53,992 nucleotides of DNA from a virus (taxonomy: Duplodnaviria > Caudoviricetes): positions 1 through 53,992 of the IMG/VR virus record IMGVR_UViG_3300045107_000078; one strand, 5' to 3'. Below are positions 17,133-27,033 of this stretch, piece after piece (position 1 is the stretch's first letter; each line of letters starts with the position of its first letter). The notes under the pieces are model-generated. The model ran no database searches. It saw only the letters and a program-made list of their open reading frames with translations, and was not told the DNA's origin. Made by a program: the position numbers and the translations under genes.

Positions 17133-18269
17133 TTGCCTTCCGATGCAGAATTACTTGCAGCCTACCGCGAGGGGAAAGCCAGGGGGCTGACCCGCCGCCA
17201 ACTGGCCGATCAACTCGGCCTCTCTCCGAAGTCTGTGAATGGTCGTATCAACCGCGCCGCCCGCATTGAGGCAGAGCACCTGCGCACCGAGAATGAAGAA
17301 CTCCGGTCGCTCCTGGCGCAGATGGATGCGGATATGTACGAACCATCCGCGAAAGACATCAACGACTGGCAGAAGTGGGAAGACTTCATCAACCACAAAG
17401 CCAACACCGATGGCACACTCACCATCCTCCAGTGGCCGGACATGCACAAGCCGGACGAGGATATGCAGGTGGAAGAACTCGGCCTCCAGATGGCTGACGT
17501 GCTCCAGCCGGATATGCACCTCTGGAACGGCGATCTGTTCGACTTCGACATCCTCTCGCTCAAGTTCCCGCGCTCCCACAACCGTCGCCGGCGGGACGCC
17601 TTCCGCGAAGTACGCCGTCCCTGGATGCGGCTGCTCGACCGCCTCGACGACATCACACCCGACAGTAAAAAGGTCGTCACCGGCGGGAATCACTGCCGGA
17701 TTCGGGTGCAGACGTTGGCGAATGCCAATCCCATGAACGGGGACAGCCTCATTGAGGACTTCCTCGACGTGGTACGTCAGGATGGCAGGGTCTGGTGGCC
17801 TGGTTGGTTCGACGAACTGTTCATCGGGCCGCTCCACATCCAGCATGGCGACCGGACTGGCAAGAACGCGGCCAAACTCAGCATCACAGACGTGGGTGGC
17901 ACCATGTCCAACGCGGCCTCGCATACCCATTTCCCCAGCTGGTACATCAACACCGCCTATGCCAAGAATGACGACAACCTGCTGGTGCCGGACCGGTACT
18001 ACGTCGAAAGCGTCATCACGCCCTGCATGTGCCACATCTATCCGCACTACGCCCAGGACAAGCAAAAATCGAAGTGGGTCAACGGCATGACCGTTATCCA
18101 CATCAACCTGCGCGACCGCGACGTGCATTTCCAGAATCGCATTTTCCATAAGCGCAAGGACGGCTCCCTGGCAGTGTCGTTCGGTGAGCACTTCCTGGTG
18201 CAGCCGCCACTGTCCAAAAGCGTCTACATCCCATACAATCAGAGAACCGGTTCTCGACTGGCCGGATAA
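17133..18269 (+). CDS. HTH-fused calcineurin-like metallophosphoesterase
   Basis: TRRQLADQLGLS HTH and coiled coil, then DMH, GDLFD, GNH, HG and HTH phosphoesterase motifs. Confidence 0.85.
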   Translation: MPSDAELLAAYREGKARGLTRRQLADQLGLSPKSVNGRINRAARIEAEHLRTENEELRSLLAQMDADMYEPSAKDINDWQKWEDFINHKANTDGTLTILQWPDMHKPDEDMQVEELGLQMADVLQPDMHLWNGDLFDFDILSLKFPRSHNRRRRDAFREVRRPWMRLLDRLDDITPDSKKVVTGGNHCRIRVQTLANANPMNGDSLIEDFLDVVRQDGRVWWPGWFDELFIGPLHIQHGDRTGKNAAKLSITDVGGTMSNAASHTHFPSWYINTAYAKNDDNLLVPDRYYVESVITPCMCHIYPHYAQDKQKSKWVNGMTVIHINLRDRDVHFQNRIFHKRKDGSLAVSFGEHFLVQPPLSKSVYIPYNQRTGSRLAG

Positions 18270-18343
18270 GGGCCAAAAAGAGACCAGTCGGTGATAAACT
18301 GTATTATCACAAGTAATTTCTCAGTAAGAAGAGGAGACAGAAA

Positions 18344-18544
18344 ATGCCCGATGAAGTGGCCGTTGTGAAGCCTGAGAACCCCAATTATGAGCGGTTCCGG
18401 AGCAAATGGCAGAAGGAACAGGGGTCGTTCGAGATTGACGGCTCTCTGTGGCAGGCGGTTGCGGATGGCGACCACTACAACTTTGTTCGCATTGGGGGTT
18501 CGTCGCTGGGTGACACCTACACCAATCATTCGTTCGGCGGGTAA
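18344..18544 (+). CDS. hypothetical protein in the small-terminase position
   Basis: GAGGAG RBS; directly precedes TerL; no family recognised. Confidence 0.55.
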   Translation: MPDEVAVVKPENPNYERFRSKWQKEQGSFEIDGSLWQAVADGDHYNFVRIGGSSLGDTYTNHSFGG

Positions 18545-18546
18545 TC

Positions 18547-20274
18547 ATGGCCCCGCGCATCGGACGTTATAAACTCACCAAAGGCGACCGCGAGTTATTC
18601 GCCCTGGCTGAGACAGACCCCAACGCTTTCACGGACTGGTATTTCCGAGGGGACAATACCGGTACGTGGGCGCTGCCCGATGCCAAAGACAGTCGTGTTC
18701 AGGCGCTGTACAAGCAGCTGTATAAGGTATGGGAGACGGACGGCGAACCGGACGTGTTCCAATACGAGTGGCGGCATGGAGAGCATCAGTGCCGCGTCGT
18801 CTGGAAGCCTGGGAGTGATGAACCGGCCTTCCACATTCATCATGGCTGGCTGTTTCAGGGATGGCAGCTGGATTTCCGTCTGGCGCCGCAGAAGACCAAA
18901 ATTCTCATCGGTGGCTTCGGCGGGGGTAAGACCATCACTGGCATTGTCGATGTGCTGATCGACGCGGCCACGCTTCCTGGCTACCGTGCGCTGTGTCTGG
19001 CCCCCTACTCCGAGCAGGCCAAGGAGATGTGGGTAAAGGCGAAGGACCTGATGGAGGGGACGCTCTACAAGGACCGGTTCCTCATCAGCATCCGTGAACG
19101 GCCTTACCCGCAGATCGTGATTGGCAACGACTACGTGGGCGAGAACATCATCAACTTCTACTCCATCCTCGATGATGTGCAGAAGATTCTGACGCTGGAA
19201 GCAGACTGCGCACTCATCGACCAGACGGAGCGGCTGACCGATATTCCGGACGCCCGCCGTGTCATTTCCAGCCGTCTGCGCGGCAGCTATCGCGGTCGTG
19301 AGCGCAAGGGTCAGGTGGTCTGGATTGGCAACCCGTATGACAACCCCGATATGTGGGACATGGCGGACCAGGCCGAAGAAGAACCGGAGCATATCTACTT
19401 CCATCGGGTCTCCAGCTACGACAATGAGGCATTGAGCGAGGAGCAGCTGGAACGGTACAAACGCGACGTGGGCAACGATAAGGCCAGCGAGGACACGTTC
19501 CTCAAGGGCTTCCGGCCCATCGGCAATGGCGAACACTTCCCCGCTTCCAGCGTGGAGAAGTGCCACTCACTGCTTCTCGATGATCTGATGAAGTCCCACC
19601 TGCTGAACGAGACCCCTGGCTACCGCGTCATTGAGGCGCCGCGCATCGGGATTGTGAAGTGGGAGATGCCGCCGCAGCCGGACAACAAGTACCTGGTCAT
19701 TGCCGACCCTGGCTGGGGCAACCCGCCGAAGCGTAACGCAGCGGTCATTGGCGTGTGGGACATCAGCTATTTCCCGCAGCAACCCGCGCAGCTTACCGCT
19801 TTTAGCTGGGTCTTCGGCAACAACAGTCCGGACCCCTGGATGCAGCAGTTCTACGACTATGTGCAGTTGTACAAGGCGCAGGGCCGCGCTGCGTATGACG
19901 CAACCGGTTTGCAATCGGGGTATGAACGGTGGGTCGAAATTTTCCAGCGCATCCTCAGCGAGGGGCTGAAGATGGGTGGCGCGAACAAGTACATGCATCT
20001 GAACGCCACCAAAATCCTGATGAGCAGAGGTCTGGTCAATTTCCCGACCATCCCAGGCTGGATTTCGCAGATGGCGAAGTACCAGCTGCCGGATGACAAC
20101 CTCGATACCGACATCGTTTCGATGCTGATGATGACCTGCGGCTGGTTGGAGCGCGTCTTCTACTACTCCATCCATGAGAATAAGACCAAGCGGAAGCAGC
20201 ACAGCAAGCATCATGTTCATGAAGGCAGAGCCGTAGCGCGAGGAGCAGATCGACATGGCGGACATCGGCGTTAA
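18547..20274 (+). CDS. terL: terminase large subunit
   Basis: Walker A GGFGGGKT, Walker B-like ALIDQTE, WIGNP coupling motif, RNase H-like VIADPG / AYDATG / DTDIV. Confidence 0.9.
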   Translation: MAPRIGRYKLTKGDRELFALAETDPNAFTDWYFRGDNTGTWALPDAKDSRVQALYKQLYKVWETDGEPDVFQYEWRHGEHQCRVVWKPGSDEPAFHIHHGWLFQGWQLDFRLAPQKTKILIGGFGGGKTITGIVDVLIDAATLPGYRALCLAPYSEQAKEMWVKAKDLMEGTLYKDRFLISIRERPYPQIVIGNDYVGENIINFYSILDDVQKILTLEADCALIDQTERLTDIPDARRVISSRLRGSYRGRERKGQVVWIGNPYDNPDMWDMADQAEEEPEHIYFHRVSSYDNEALSEEQLERYKRDVGNDKASEDTFLKGFRPIGNGEHFPASSVEKCHSLLLDDLMKSHLLNETPGYRVIEAPRIGIVKWEMPPQPDNKYLVIADPGWGNPPKRNAAVIGVWDISYFPQQPAQLTAFSWVFGNNSPDPWMQQFYDYVQLYKAQGRAAYDATGLQSGYERWVEIFQRILSEGLKMGGANKYMHLNATKILMSRGLVNFPTIPGWISQMAKYQLPDDNLDTDIVSMLMMTCGWLERVFYYSIHENKTKRKQHSKHHVHEGRAVARGADRHGGHRR

Positions 20275-20491
20275 GGTCAAAATGGCCCGCATTCGGGTCC
20301 GTTTGTGGCTGCATGAACGGTCTTTTGCATTGAGAAAGTGGCTGGGCAAGGTGTTGACCAAAGTGGGACTGCACCTGATTCGGCTGGCCGGCAGGGTCAG
20401 TCCGGAGCCTGAGCCGGTGCCGCAGAGTCGGCACGCCTATCGTCCGGCCAGTCGTCACGGCTGGCATGGTTCTTCAAGGAGAGGTAGATGA
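20255..20491 (+). CDS. small basic hypothetical protein
   Basis: GAGGAG RBS; overlaps both neighbours. Confidence 0.4.
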   Translation: MADIGVKVKMARIRVRLWLHERSFALRKWLGKVLTKVGLHLIRLAGRVSPEPEPVPQSRHAYRPASRHGWHGSSRRGR

Positions 20492-21987
20492 AAAAGGTTC
20501 TCATTCAGGGGTATAACTGCCGCGAGGCAGGCAATTTCGACGAGAAAACCGTCTTCGCACATGCCATGCGCCTGGGCGTATCCGGCATGATGTTTGTCGA
20601 TCTGGACACTGCATGGCGCTTCAAACAGCAGTTTCCAGTGGCGCGGGTTCACTATCGCTGCATGGGCGAGGAAGGTCACGTTCCGACCTCGATTGCGCCA
20701 GCGGACTGGCTCAAAATTCAGCTGCGAAAGCTGGATGAGCGCGGGATTCCACACGATGCACTGATACTGCATCCGACCAATGAACCGCTGCTGTCTGCCC
20801 CGCTCATTGCGTGGTATGAGGGTCTGACAGCACTCACACTGGCGATGCCGGAAAGCACACGGCCAATCATCGGCATGTTCGACTTCGCCGTTGGCAACCC
20901 GCATCAGGATGATTGGGTGAAGCTGCATAACCTTCTGGACATCGCCACCAAGCACCCAAAATGGTTCTCGATCAGCCTGCACGAATACTGCGCAGGCGTC
21001 TGGACCAGCGGCGTCAATGATGCCCAGCCTGGGAATTACATCACCGACCCGACCAAGTGGGCAACCATGAAGGCCAATGGCAACTGCTGGCACATGGGCC
21101 GCTGGCGCTGGGGCGCAGCCTACTGCGACCGCACCTTCCAGGCCATGCCGGTCTTTGACATCACCGAATGCGGGTTCGACGACATCCCTGATGTGCATGC
21201 CTGGGAACAGGCGCTGCTGAAGGTGGGCGATACGGTTATCAGCGGCTGGCGCACCCTCGCCAATCAGTGGGCGCAGTGGTCATTGAAGGGCTGGAGCACA
21301 GAGCGGATGCTGCTGGAGCAGACCATCGCCTACAATGATGTGCTGTATGCCGATGATTACGTGGCTCCATCGGGTCGCGTCTATGTTTCACCGGTCGCGT
21401 CCACCTGTGGCTTCTCAATGGGCAGCTTTGGCGGCACGAAGCAGGAAAATAACTACCAACGCTGGCTCAATTACGACTACACCGGCGCTGGTGAATATCA
21501 GTCCGGATATGAAAGTTACGCTCAGGCAAGGAGAAATACGAACGTGGCTGTGGTTGTACCGCCCAACAAGGGCAAATCTATCTCGGTCTCCATCACTGGC
21601 AGCAGCTTCAATCTGCGAGTGGCAGAAGGTGTCAATGCGACCCGCATTGGTCTGGTTGGGCAAGGTGAAACTGTCACGCTCTATCCGGACACGCTGCGCA
21701 CGTCTGGTGGCTACAGCTGGTACTTCATTGAGCGCCCAGCGGCGCCATTAGGACAACCGACGCAGGGCTGGATTGCCTACGACCTGCCGATTGTTCCCCC
21801 TCCCCCACCACCTCCTGCGCCAGAGCCGCCCAAACCAACGTGGCGCGATAGTCTGGATAACCGCGAACTCAAGGAAGTCGAGTTCGCCACCCTGTACGCA
21901 TACCAGTTTGCGCACGGAACGTCAGGACATATCGAATACATGCTTATCGCAAAGTTGGCGAAGATGCTGGATAACCTTGCATCTTAA
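20488..21987 (+). CDS. clan GH-A-like glycoside hydrolase with SH3b domain and Pro-rich linker (candidate endolysin)
   Basis: PTNEP (acid/base), SLHEY, ITECG (nucleophile); FNLRVAEG.....IG....GE.V...GYSWY...GWIA SH3b; poly-Pro linker. Confidence 0.7.
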   Translation: MKKVLIQGYNCREAGNFDEKTVFAHAMRLGVSGMMFVDLDTAWRFKQQFPVARVHYRCMGEEGHVPTSIAPADWLKIQLRKLDERGIPHDALILHPTNEPLLSAPLIAWYEGLTALTLAMPESTRPIIGMFDFAVGNPHQDDWVKLHNLLDIATKHPKWFSISLHEYCAGVWTSGVNDAQPGNYITDPTKWATMKANGNCWHMGRWRWGAAYCDRTFQAMPVFDITECGFDDIPDVHAWEQALLKVGDTVISGWRTLANQWAQWSLKGWSTERMLLEQTIAYNDVLYADDYVAPSGRVYVSPVASTCGFSMGSFGGTKQENNYQRWLNYDYTGAGEYQSGYESYAQARRNTNVAVVVPPNKGKSISVSITGSSFNLRVAEGVNATRIGLVGQGETVTLYPDTLRTSGGYSWYFIERPAAPLGQPTQGWIAYDLPIVPPPPPPPAPEPPKPTWRDSLDNRELKEVEFATLYAYQFAHGTSGHIEYMLIAKLAKMLDNLAS

Positions 21988-22036
21988 TGCTACCTTGTGA
22001 TATGCTGTAACGAGAACCGGTTCTCGGAGTTGTGGC

Positions 22037-23707
22037 ATGGTTGGCAATGTTGGTCGAGGAGTTACTGCCACACAAGACGACCGGAGCGCATCTACTCAAA
22101 TCCCCTTCGATAAGGGCCAAGTACCAGCAGACTTCCCCATTGCTGCATGGACCGAACAGAGTGAGCGTTACCAAGAATACCTGCGTTGGCACAGCGGCGC
22201 CGCTCTTGCTGAGAGCAAGTTCACGGACGAGAACGGCGACCCGTTGCTGAAGTACCCACTGCATGTCAATTCAGTGCGCAATTTTGCGCGTAAGCTAGGT
22301 GGCCTGCTGATGGGTGAGGCTTCGGATAGCCCGACGCCCCTGGTCAAATGCCTTGCCAAGCCCAAACAGCCATTGACCGGTGACACGCTCAGCGAGGATG
22401 ACCAGAAGCTGGCAAAGCTGGTCGAGAACGTGGTCAATGAGGTATGGAACGCTAGTTCAGGCCGCGCAATCCAGATGGAAAGCGCCATCATGTCGCAGCC
22501 ACTCGGCGGTTCTGTCTTCAAGGTTGAGTACGTCCCAAAGGACCTCGACCTGGTTATCCCGATTCGCATACGTTACATCCGGCCTGATTATTTCCTGCCG
22601 GTATGGGGCACAGACGATTGGGACCTCGAAGGCGCGTGGCTGATTTACAACATCTCGGCACAGACAGCCGCATCGGATTTCGGCGTCGATACGAAGGGCA
22701 ACAATACCGGAATCTACCTGTACGTGGAGCACTGGACGAAGAAAAGCTACACGGTCACGGTGAATGGCAAGCCGGTCATTGAGAGGATTAGGGACATCAA
22801 CCCTCTCACTGGCACAGAGCAAGTCATTGAGGTTGAGATGAAGGATGTGCCCAACATCTTCGGGTTCGTGCCTTTCGTCTACGTCCCTCGCTACCGTGAA
22901 GGGACGCGGCTGGGGCCGTCTGTCGTCGATGACATCACTGGCCTGCTGACGGAATACAACAGCCGTCTGGCAGACACCGGCGATGCGATGCTCAAGGCAG
23001 TGGACCGTCACCGGTTCATGTCCAATGTGTATATAGACCCCCAGGAGCGAGAAATCGCCCCTGGCTTAAATGTCATTGACCTGGGCCAGACCCCGCCAAT
23101 GAGCAAGGACGCACCGGCCATCAAGACCGAGGAAGCCCCTGCCCTATCGGACGCGCTGGTGAACTGGCCCAATAACATCTGGAATCAGCTGCTGCGCGAA
23201 GCCAGCCTTGGCCCCATCGCTTTCGGTGAGGATGAAGGTTCGCAGCGCAGCGCCCTGACACTCGCTTTCCGCATGTGGCCTGCCACCGTTAACACGCGCA
23301 TGCAGCGCACGTTTTGGGGCGAGGGATTCAACCGCGTGAACTGGATGATTTTGAGAATGCTCATCAAACGTCCAGTCGAGGGAATCAACATCCCTCCGGA
23401 TGTCAAGAAGCGGCTGGAGTTGGCCCCCGATTGGGCGCCTCAAATCCCGCGTGACCGTGAGCAATTGGTCAATGAGGTCACGCTGCGGCTTCAGTCCGGC
23501 TCAATGTCCTTGGAAACGGCGTTGGAACAATACGGCGACGTGCGCAATACGGACGAGGAGATCAAGCGTATCAAGGACTTTATGGAGTTCAAAGCAAGTT
23601 TACAGTCTGCTGGTCAGACTGACAAACCTGGCACCACCCTCGGCAGTGGCGCACCAACCAAAATTCAGGCCCCTGTTGCCGACAGCGGCCTCAGCGAAAA
23701 GCAGTAG
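22037..23707 (+). CDS. portal protein (SPP1 gp6-like)
   Basis: NIFGFVPFVYVP..R....G.S.VDDI..L..EYN..L, SALTL...P, SLETALE; position after TerL. Confidence 0.9.
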   Translation: MVGNVGRGVTATQDDRSASTQIPFDKGQVPADFPIAAWTEQSERYQEYLRWHSGAALAESKFTDENGDPLLKYPLHVNSVRNFARKLGGLLMGEASDSPTPLVKCLAKPKQPLTGDTLSEDDQKLAKLVENVVNEVWNASSGRAIQMESAIMSQPLGGSVFKVEYVPKDLDLVIPIRIRYIRPDYFLPVWGTDDWDLEGAWLIYNISAQTAASDFGVDTKGNNTGIYLYVEHWTKKSYTVTVNGKPVIERIRDINPLTGTEQVIEVEMKDVPNIFGFVPFVYVPRYREGTRLGPSVVDDITGLLTEYNSRLADTGDAMLKAVDRHRFMSNVYIDPQEREIAPGLNVIDLGQTPPMSKDAPAIKTEEAPALSDALVNWPNNIWNQLLREASLGPIAFGEDEGSQRSALTLAFRMWPATVNTRMQRTFWGEGFNRVNWMILRMLIKRPVEGINIPPDVKKRLELAPDWAPQIPRDREQLVNEVTLRLQSGSMSLETALEQYGDVRNTDEEIKRIKDFMEFKASLQSAGQTDKPGTTLGSGAPTKIQAPVADSGLSEKQ

Positions 23708-23719
23708 GAGTAAAAACAA

Positions 23720-24394
23720 ATGGACCCCGTACAGCAAGCGGCAGGCAGTCAGACAGCAGGTGGCAACACCCCTGTTACGACCCCTTCCACTCCTGGACAA
23801 CTGGTGGACCTCAATGCACTGTTGGCCGAACGCGACCAATGGAAGCAGAAGGCAGAGCAGCTGGAAAGCCGTTACAACGGCCAGCAGAGCGCCCTGACCA
23901 CCGCCACCAACGAGAAGAAGGCGGCTCAACTGAAGGCTGCGGAATTGCAGTCGCAGTATGAACTCTTCCAGGCCGAAGCGACCAACAACAAAACTTCGTG
24001 GGAGCAGGAGAGAGCAACCCTCACCCAGCAGGTTCAGCAGCTGACCGGTCAGGTGGAGAAGTTCCAGAAGCAGACGGCGGTTCGCACTGCCATCGGCCAG
24101 ACTTCCCCCGAACTGGTGAAGCTGTACGACGATGGGCTGATGCCTGGAGTCGAGACGCTGGAAGGCGATGCCCTCACTGGCTATCTCACCAAGTTCAAGT
24201 CAACGCTGGACGCCATGCGTGGCAATGCCGTTGTCCAGCAGGTTCAGGGCACTACGCCCACTCAACCGCCTGCCCAGCAGGGTGCCGCCATGACGGTTGA
24301 AGAGATGGCGAAGAAGTTGCTGACGATGGACCCGTACTCGAAGGAGTACGCGAACCTACAGGCGGCGATGTTCGAGGCGGCGGCTAAGAAATAA
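23720..24394 (+). CDS. capsid scaffolding protein
   Basis: Gln/Ala-rich coiled coil directly before the MCP. Confidence 0.75.
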   Translation: MDPVQQAAGSQTAGGNTPVTTPSTPGQLVDLNALLAERDQWKQKAEQLESRYNGQQSALTTATNEKKAAQLKAAELQSQYELFQAEATNNKTSWEQERATLTQQVQQLTGQVEKFQKQTAVRTAIGQTSPELVKLYDDGLMPGVETLEGDALTGYLTKFKSTLDAMRGNAVVQQVQGTTPTQPPAQQGAAMTVEEMAKKLLTMDPYSKEYANLQAAMFEAAAKK

Positions 24395-24474
24395 CGAGAA
24401 CCGGTTCTGTGTTGTGCTGACAGCCTGGGGAATTCGCCCCACCACAGAGGCCGGACTAACAACGGAGGAACAAC

Positions 24475-25839
24475 ATGGCTGTTGGCGATTTCGACAATTT
24501 CTACCCCATTAACCCTTGGGCTAATGTGGCGACAAACCAGCGCGACCTCTTCAATGCGGTCCTGCTGAGCGACTTCTACCGGAAGCACGTCATCTACAAC
24601 CGGTTCGTCACGACCCAAATCAATTTGGGCGACGTGCGGGCCAAGAACATGACGCTGACGAAACTCATCGCGCCGCATGCCAACTTTAACCAGACTGGCC
24701 TGCGCCAAATCTGGTTGCCGTCGAGCTACATCGACAGCGCGGCCCGCGATGTGACGTTCGCCCGTTACAGCGGCAAACTCTCGCTCAACGAGTACGACGA
24801 CATGGTGACGTACTGGCAGTCCAATGGCGCCTTCGGCCTCAAGCCGATCATCAATGGCGCAACTGGCCCGCAGATGGTCGCGGTCTTCGAGCGCGTGGCC
24901 CGCAACACCTTCCTCTCGAACTCGTTCAAGATGATGGGCGCTGGCGGCACGGCCACTGGCTTCAACCAGATCACCTCGCTGGATACCATGTCTTCGGACC
25001 TCATTGAGGACATCCACCTGGGCATGGCGGAACGCGGCGTCCCGTATGCGGACAACCTGGACGGACGGCATGGGAACATCCCCTGCATCACCACCCCAGG
25101 TATCGTCCAGACCATCCGGAAGCAGGCTGGCCCTGGCGACTGGATTGACGCCCACCGGTATGCCGACCAAGGCGCTCTCATCAATGGTCTCGTTGGCAGC
25201 TGGCGCGGTGTGGACTTCTACCAGACCAATGACGCCTGCCTGTACAACTGCGGCACGATCTACAAGCAGGTGAACATCACCGGCCAGATTCACCAGGGCG
25301 ACGGTTCGCCGGACCCGACCGTGACGCTGGTTGACAGTGTGTTCAAGGTGGGTCAGACCAGCGGCGTGACCCACTACGTCCAGACCGCAGGCTTCAGCGT
25401 GGGCGACTTCAAGGTGAACGACTACGTGACCATTCACGTTGGCCGCACCAACGCCAACGGCGTCACGAACGGTGTGGACTACACCGATGGTAAGGCGCAC
25501 AACCGCCGCATCGTCGCTGTGGACCAGCCGAACGGTCGCATTGCGCTCGACCAGCCGATTCTCGAAGACTTCACGACCGACCTGGGCAGCGGCGTCTACG
25601 GCTACGTCACCAAGGGTCGCCACATCCACACGGCCACCTTCGTTGGCGGCAGTGACGGCGTGGTGCAGGGTGTCGGTCGCCCGCCGCGTGTTCACACGCC
25701 CAAGCCGATTGACGACACCGAGAGCATCTACCGCGTGGCGTGGGATGCCTACCTGGGCTACAACCTGTTTGAGCCGGCGGTGTTCGAAGTCTTCATTGGT
25801 GCTGGCCCGAACCGCATGAAGGGGCCGACGGTCCGATAA
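24475..25839 (+). CDS. major capsid protein (N4-gp56-like HK97 fold with an inserted domain)
   Basis: Position, strong codon bias, CITTPG...IR...DW....YA..GAL.NG.VG.W.GV.F, DD......V.W..Y.G motifs. Confidence 0.88.
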   Translation: MAVGDFDNFYPINPWANVATNQRDLFNAVLLSDFYRKHVIYNRFVTTQINLGDVRAKNMTLTKLIAPHANFNQTGLRQIWLPSSYIDSAARDVTFARYSGKLSLNEYDDMVTYWQSNGAFGLKPIINGATGPQMVAVFERVARNTFLSNSFKMMGAGGTATGFNQITSLDTMSSDLIEDIHLGMAERGVPYADNLDGRHGNIPCITTPGIVQTIRKQAGPGDWIDAHRYADQGALINGLVGSWRGVDFYQTNDACLYNCGTIYKQVNITGQIHQGDGSPDPTVTLVDSVFKVGQTSGVTHYVQTAGFSVGDFKVNDYVTIHVGRTNANGVTNGVDYTDGKAHNRRIVAVDQPNGRIALDQPILEDFTTDLGSGVYGYVTKGRHIHTATFVGGSDGVVQGVGRPPRVHTPKPIDDTESIYRVAWDAYLGYNLFEPAVFEVFIGAGPNRMKGPTVR

Positions 25840-25850
25840 GGGGTGCTGCG

Positions 25851-26522
25851 ATGGCGATTACTTGGGGTGAGTTCAGGACACAGATACGGCGGTCCATCCT
25901 ACGGGATGATGACACCAAGCAGAAGTGGAGCAATGACCTGCTGCGGGACTGCGTGGGGTTCGCTCTCGATGCCTTTTGCGCTCATACGGCGCAGGCGACG
26001 GCGACCTCGTACACGCCCGCTGATGGGACGGATGCCTTCACGCTTCCGGATAACGTGTATGCGTCTCTGGAGGATTCTGCGCTGGTTTTCATTGAGGGGG
26101 CGACCTCTCAGCCGCAGTACCTGTTGCCAGTCTTCCTCACCCCAGGCGTCTCCACCAAGACGGTGGGCGGGTTCTACGTGTGGCCGCGCCAGGCACTCAA
26201 TCTGACGCAGCCGCTGTCGAACGGGGAGGTTCTGAAGGTCTTCTACTACGCCTACTACAACCATCCGGTGGCCGACAGTGACCTGATCGACCTGCCCTCC
26301 TGGGGCTACACGGCAGTGGCTTATCTCACTGCTTCCTACGCGCTGTCCAATCGGGCCTCGCAGGAAGCCATGCTCTCGCAGTATGACACCAAGAAGGACA
26401 GTGGGACGCCCGACACACTCGCTGTGAAAACCATTCAGGAGTGGTATCTGAAGACATACGAGACGGAACTGTCGCGCCACCCGCGCCAGCAGCGCGTGGG
26501 ACCGAATCGAGGCAAGAAGTAA
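25851..26522 (+). CDS. head-tail adaptor / neck protein
   Basis: IR..I.R......WS.D.L....., F.LP, L.V.YYA, D.IDLP pattern; position after MCP. Confidence 0.65.
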   Translation: MAITWGEFRTQIRRSILRDDDTKQKWSNDLLRDCVGFALDAFCAHTAQATATSYTPADGTDAFTLPDNVYASLEDSALVFIEGATSQPQYLLPVFLTPGVSTKTVGGFYVWPRQALNLTQPLSNGEVLKVFYYAYYNHPVADSDLIDLPSWGYTAVAYLTASYALSNRASQEAMLSQYDTKKDSGTPDTLAVKTIQEWYLKTYETELSRHPRQQRVGPNRGKK

Positions 26523-27032
26523 ATGGATACCAGCATCCTCAACCTCCTGGCTGAACTCCAGCGCTCGACGCTGGAGACAGCCCTGCTGACCAATATCAGT
26601 GACGAGACCAAATTGGGTATCGTCACCATCGGCCTCTGGCAGGATGACCCGCTGATGCGCGTCACTGTCAGAACCGGTAATGAGGAATGGCGGCATGAGC
26701 GGAATACAGGGGAGAACGACCTCTACCCTACCCCTGTCGGTGAGATTGGCAGTCCCTATGGGACAGGCTGGTGGCGGCGGCGGTTTGTCGTCGAGATCGT
26801 CCTCTTTCTGCCGGAAGGCACGGAGCAGGACGCGGCGCGGCAGGTTGCCAATGTCATTCTCTCAAGGGCGGAGAGGACGCTGGAGACCATCGACGTTTCG
26901 ACCATGACAGATGACTTCGGAGAGACAGCGCACAAGCTGATGGTTGCCGACAGCTTCCTCGAAGAGAGCGGCGGCGAGAGTCAGCGTATCTGGCGCGGGC
27001 AAATCCGCACTGAAGCAGTGACATTGAGGTGA
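26523..27032 (+). CDS. putative tail completion/terminator protein
   Basis: Position, size and acidic composition. Confidence 0.5.
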   Translation: MDTSILNLLAELQRSTLETALLTNISDETKLGIVTIGLWQDDPLMRVTVRTGNEEWRHERNTGENDLYPTPVGEIGSPYGTGWWRRRFVVEIVLFLPEGTEQDAARQVANVILSRAERTLETIDVSTMTDDFGETAHKLMVADSFLEESGGESQRIWRGQIRTEAVTLR

Positions 27033-27033
27033 T

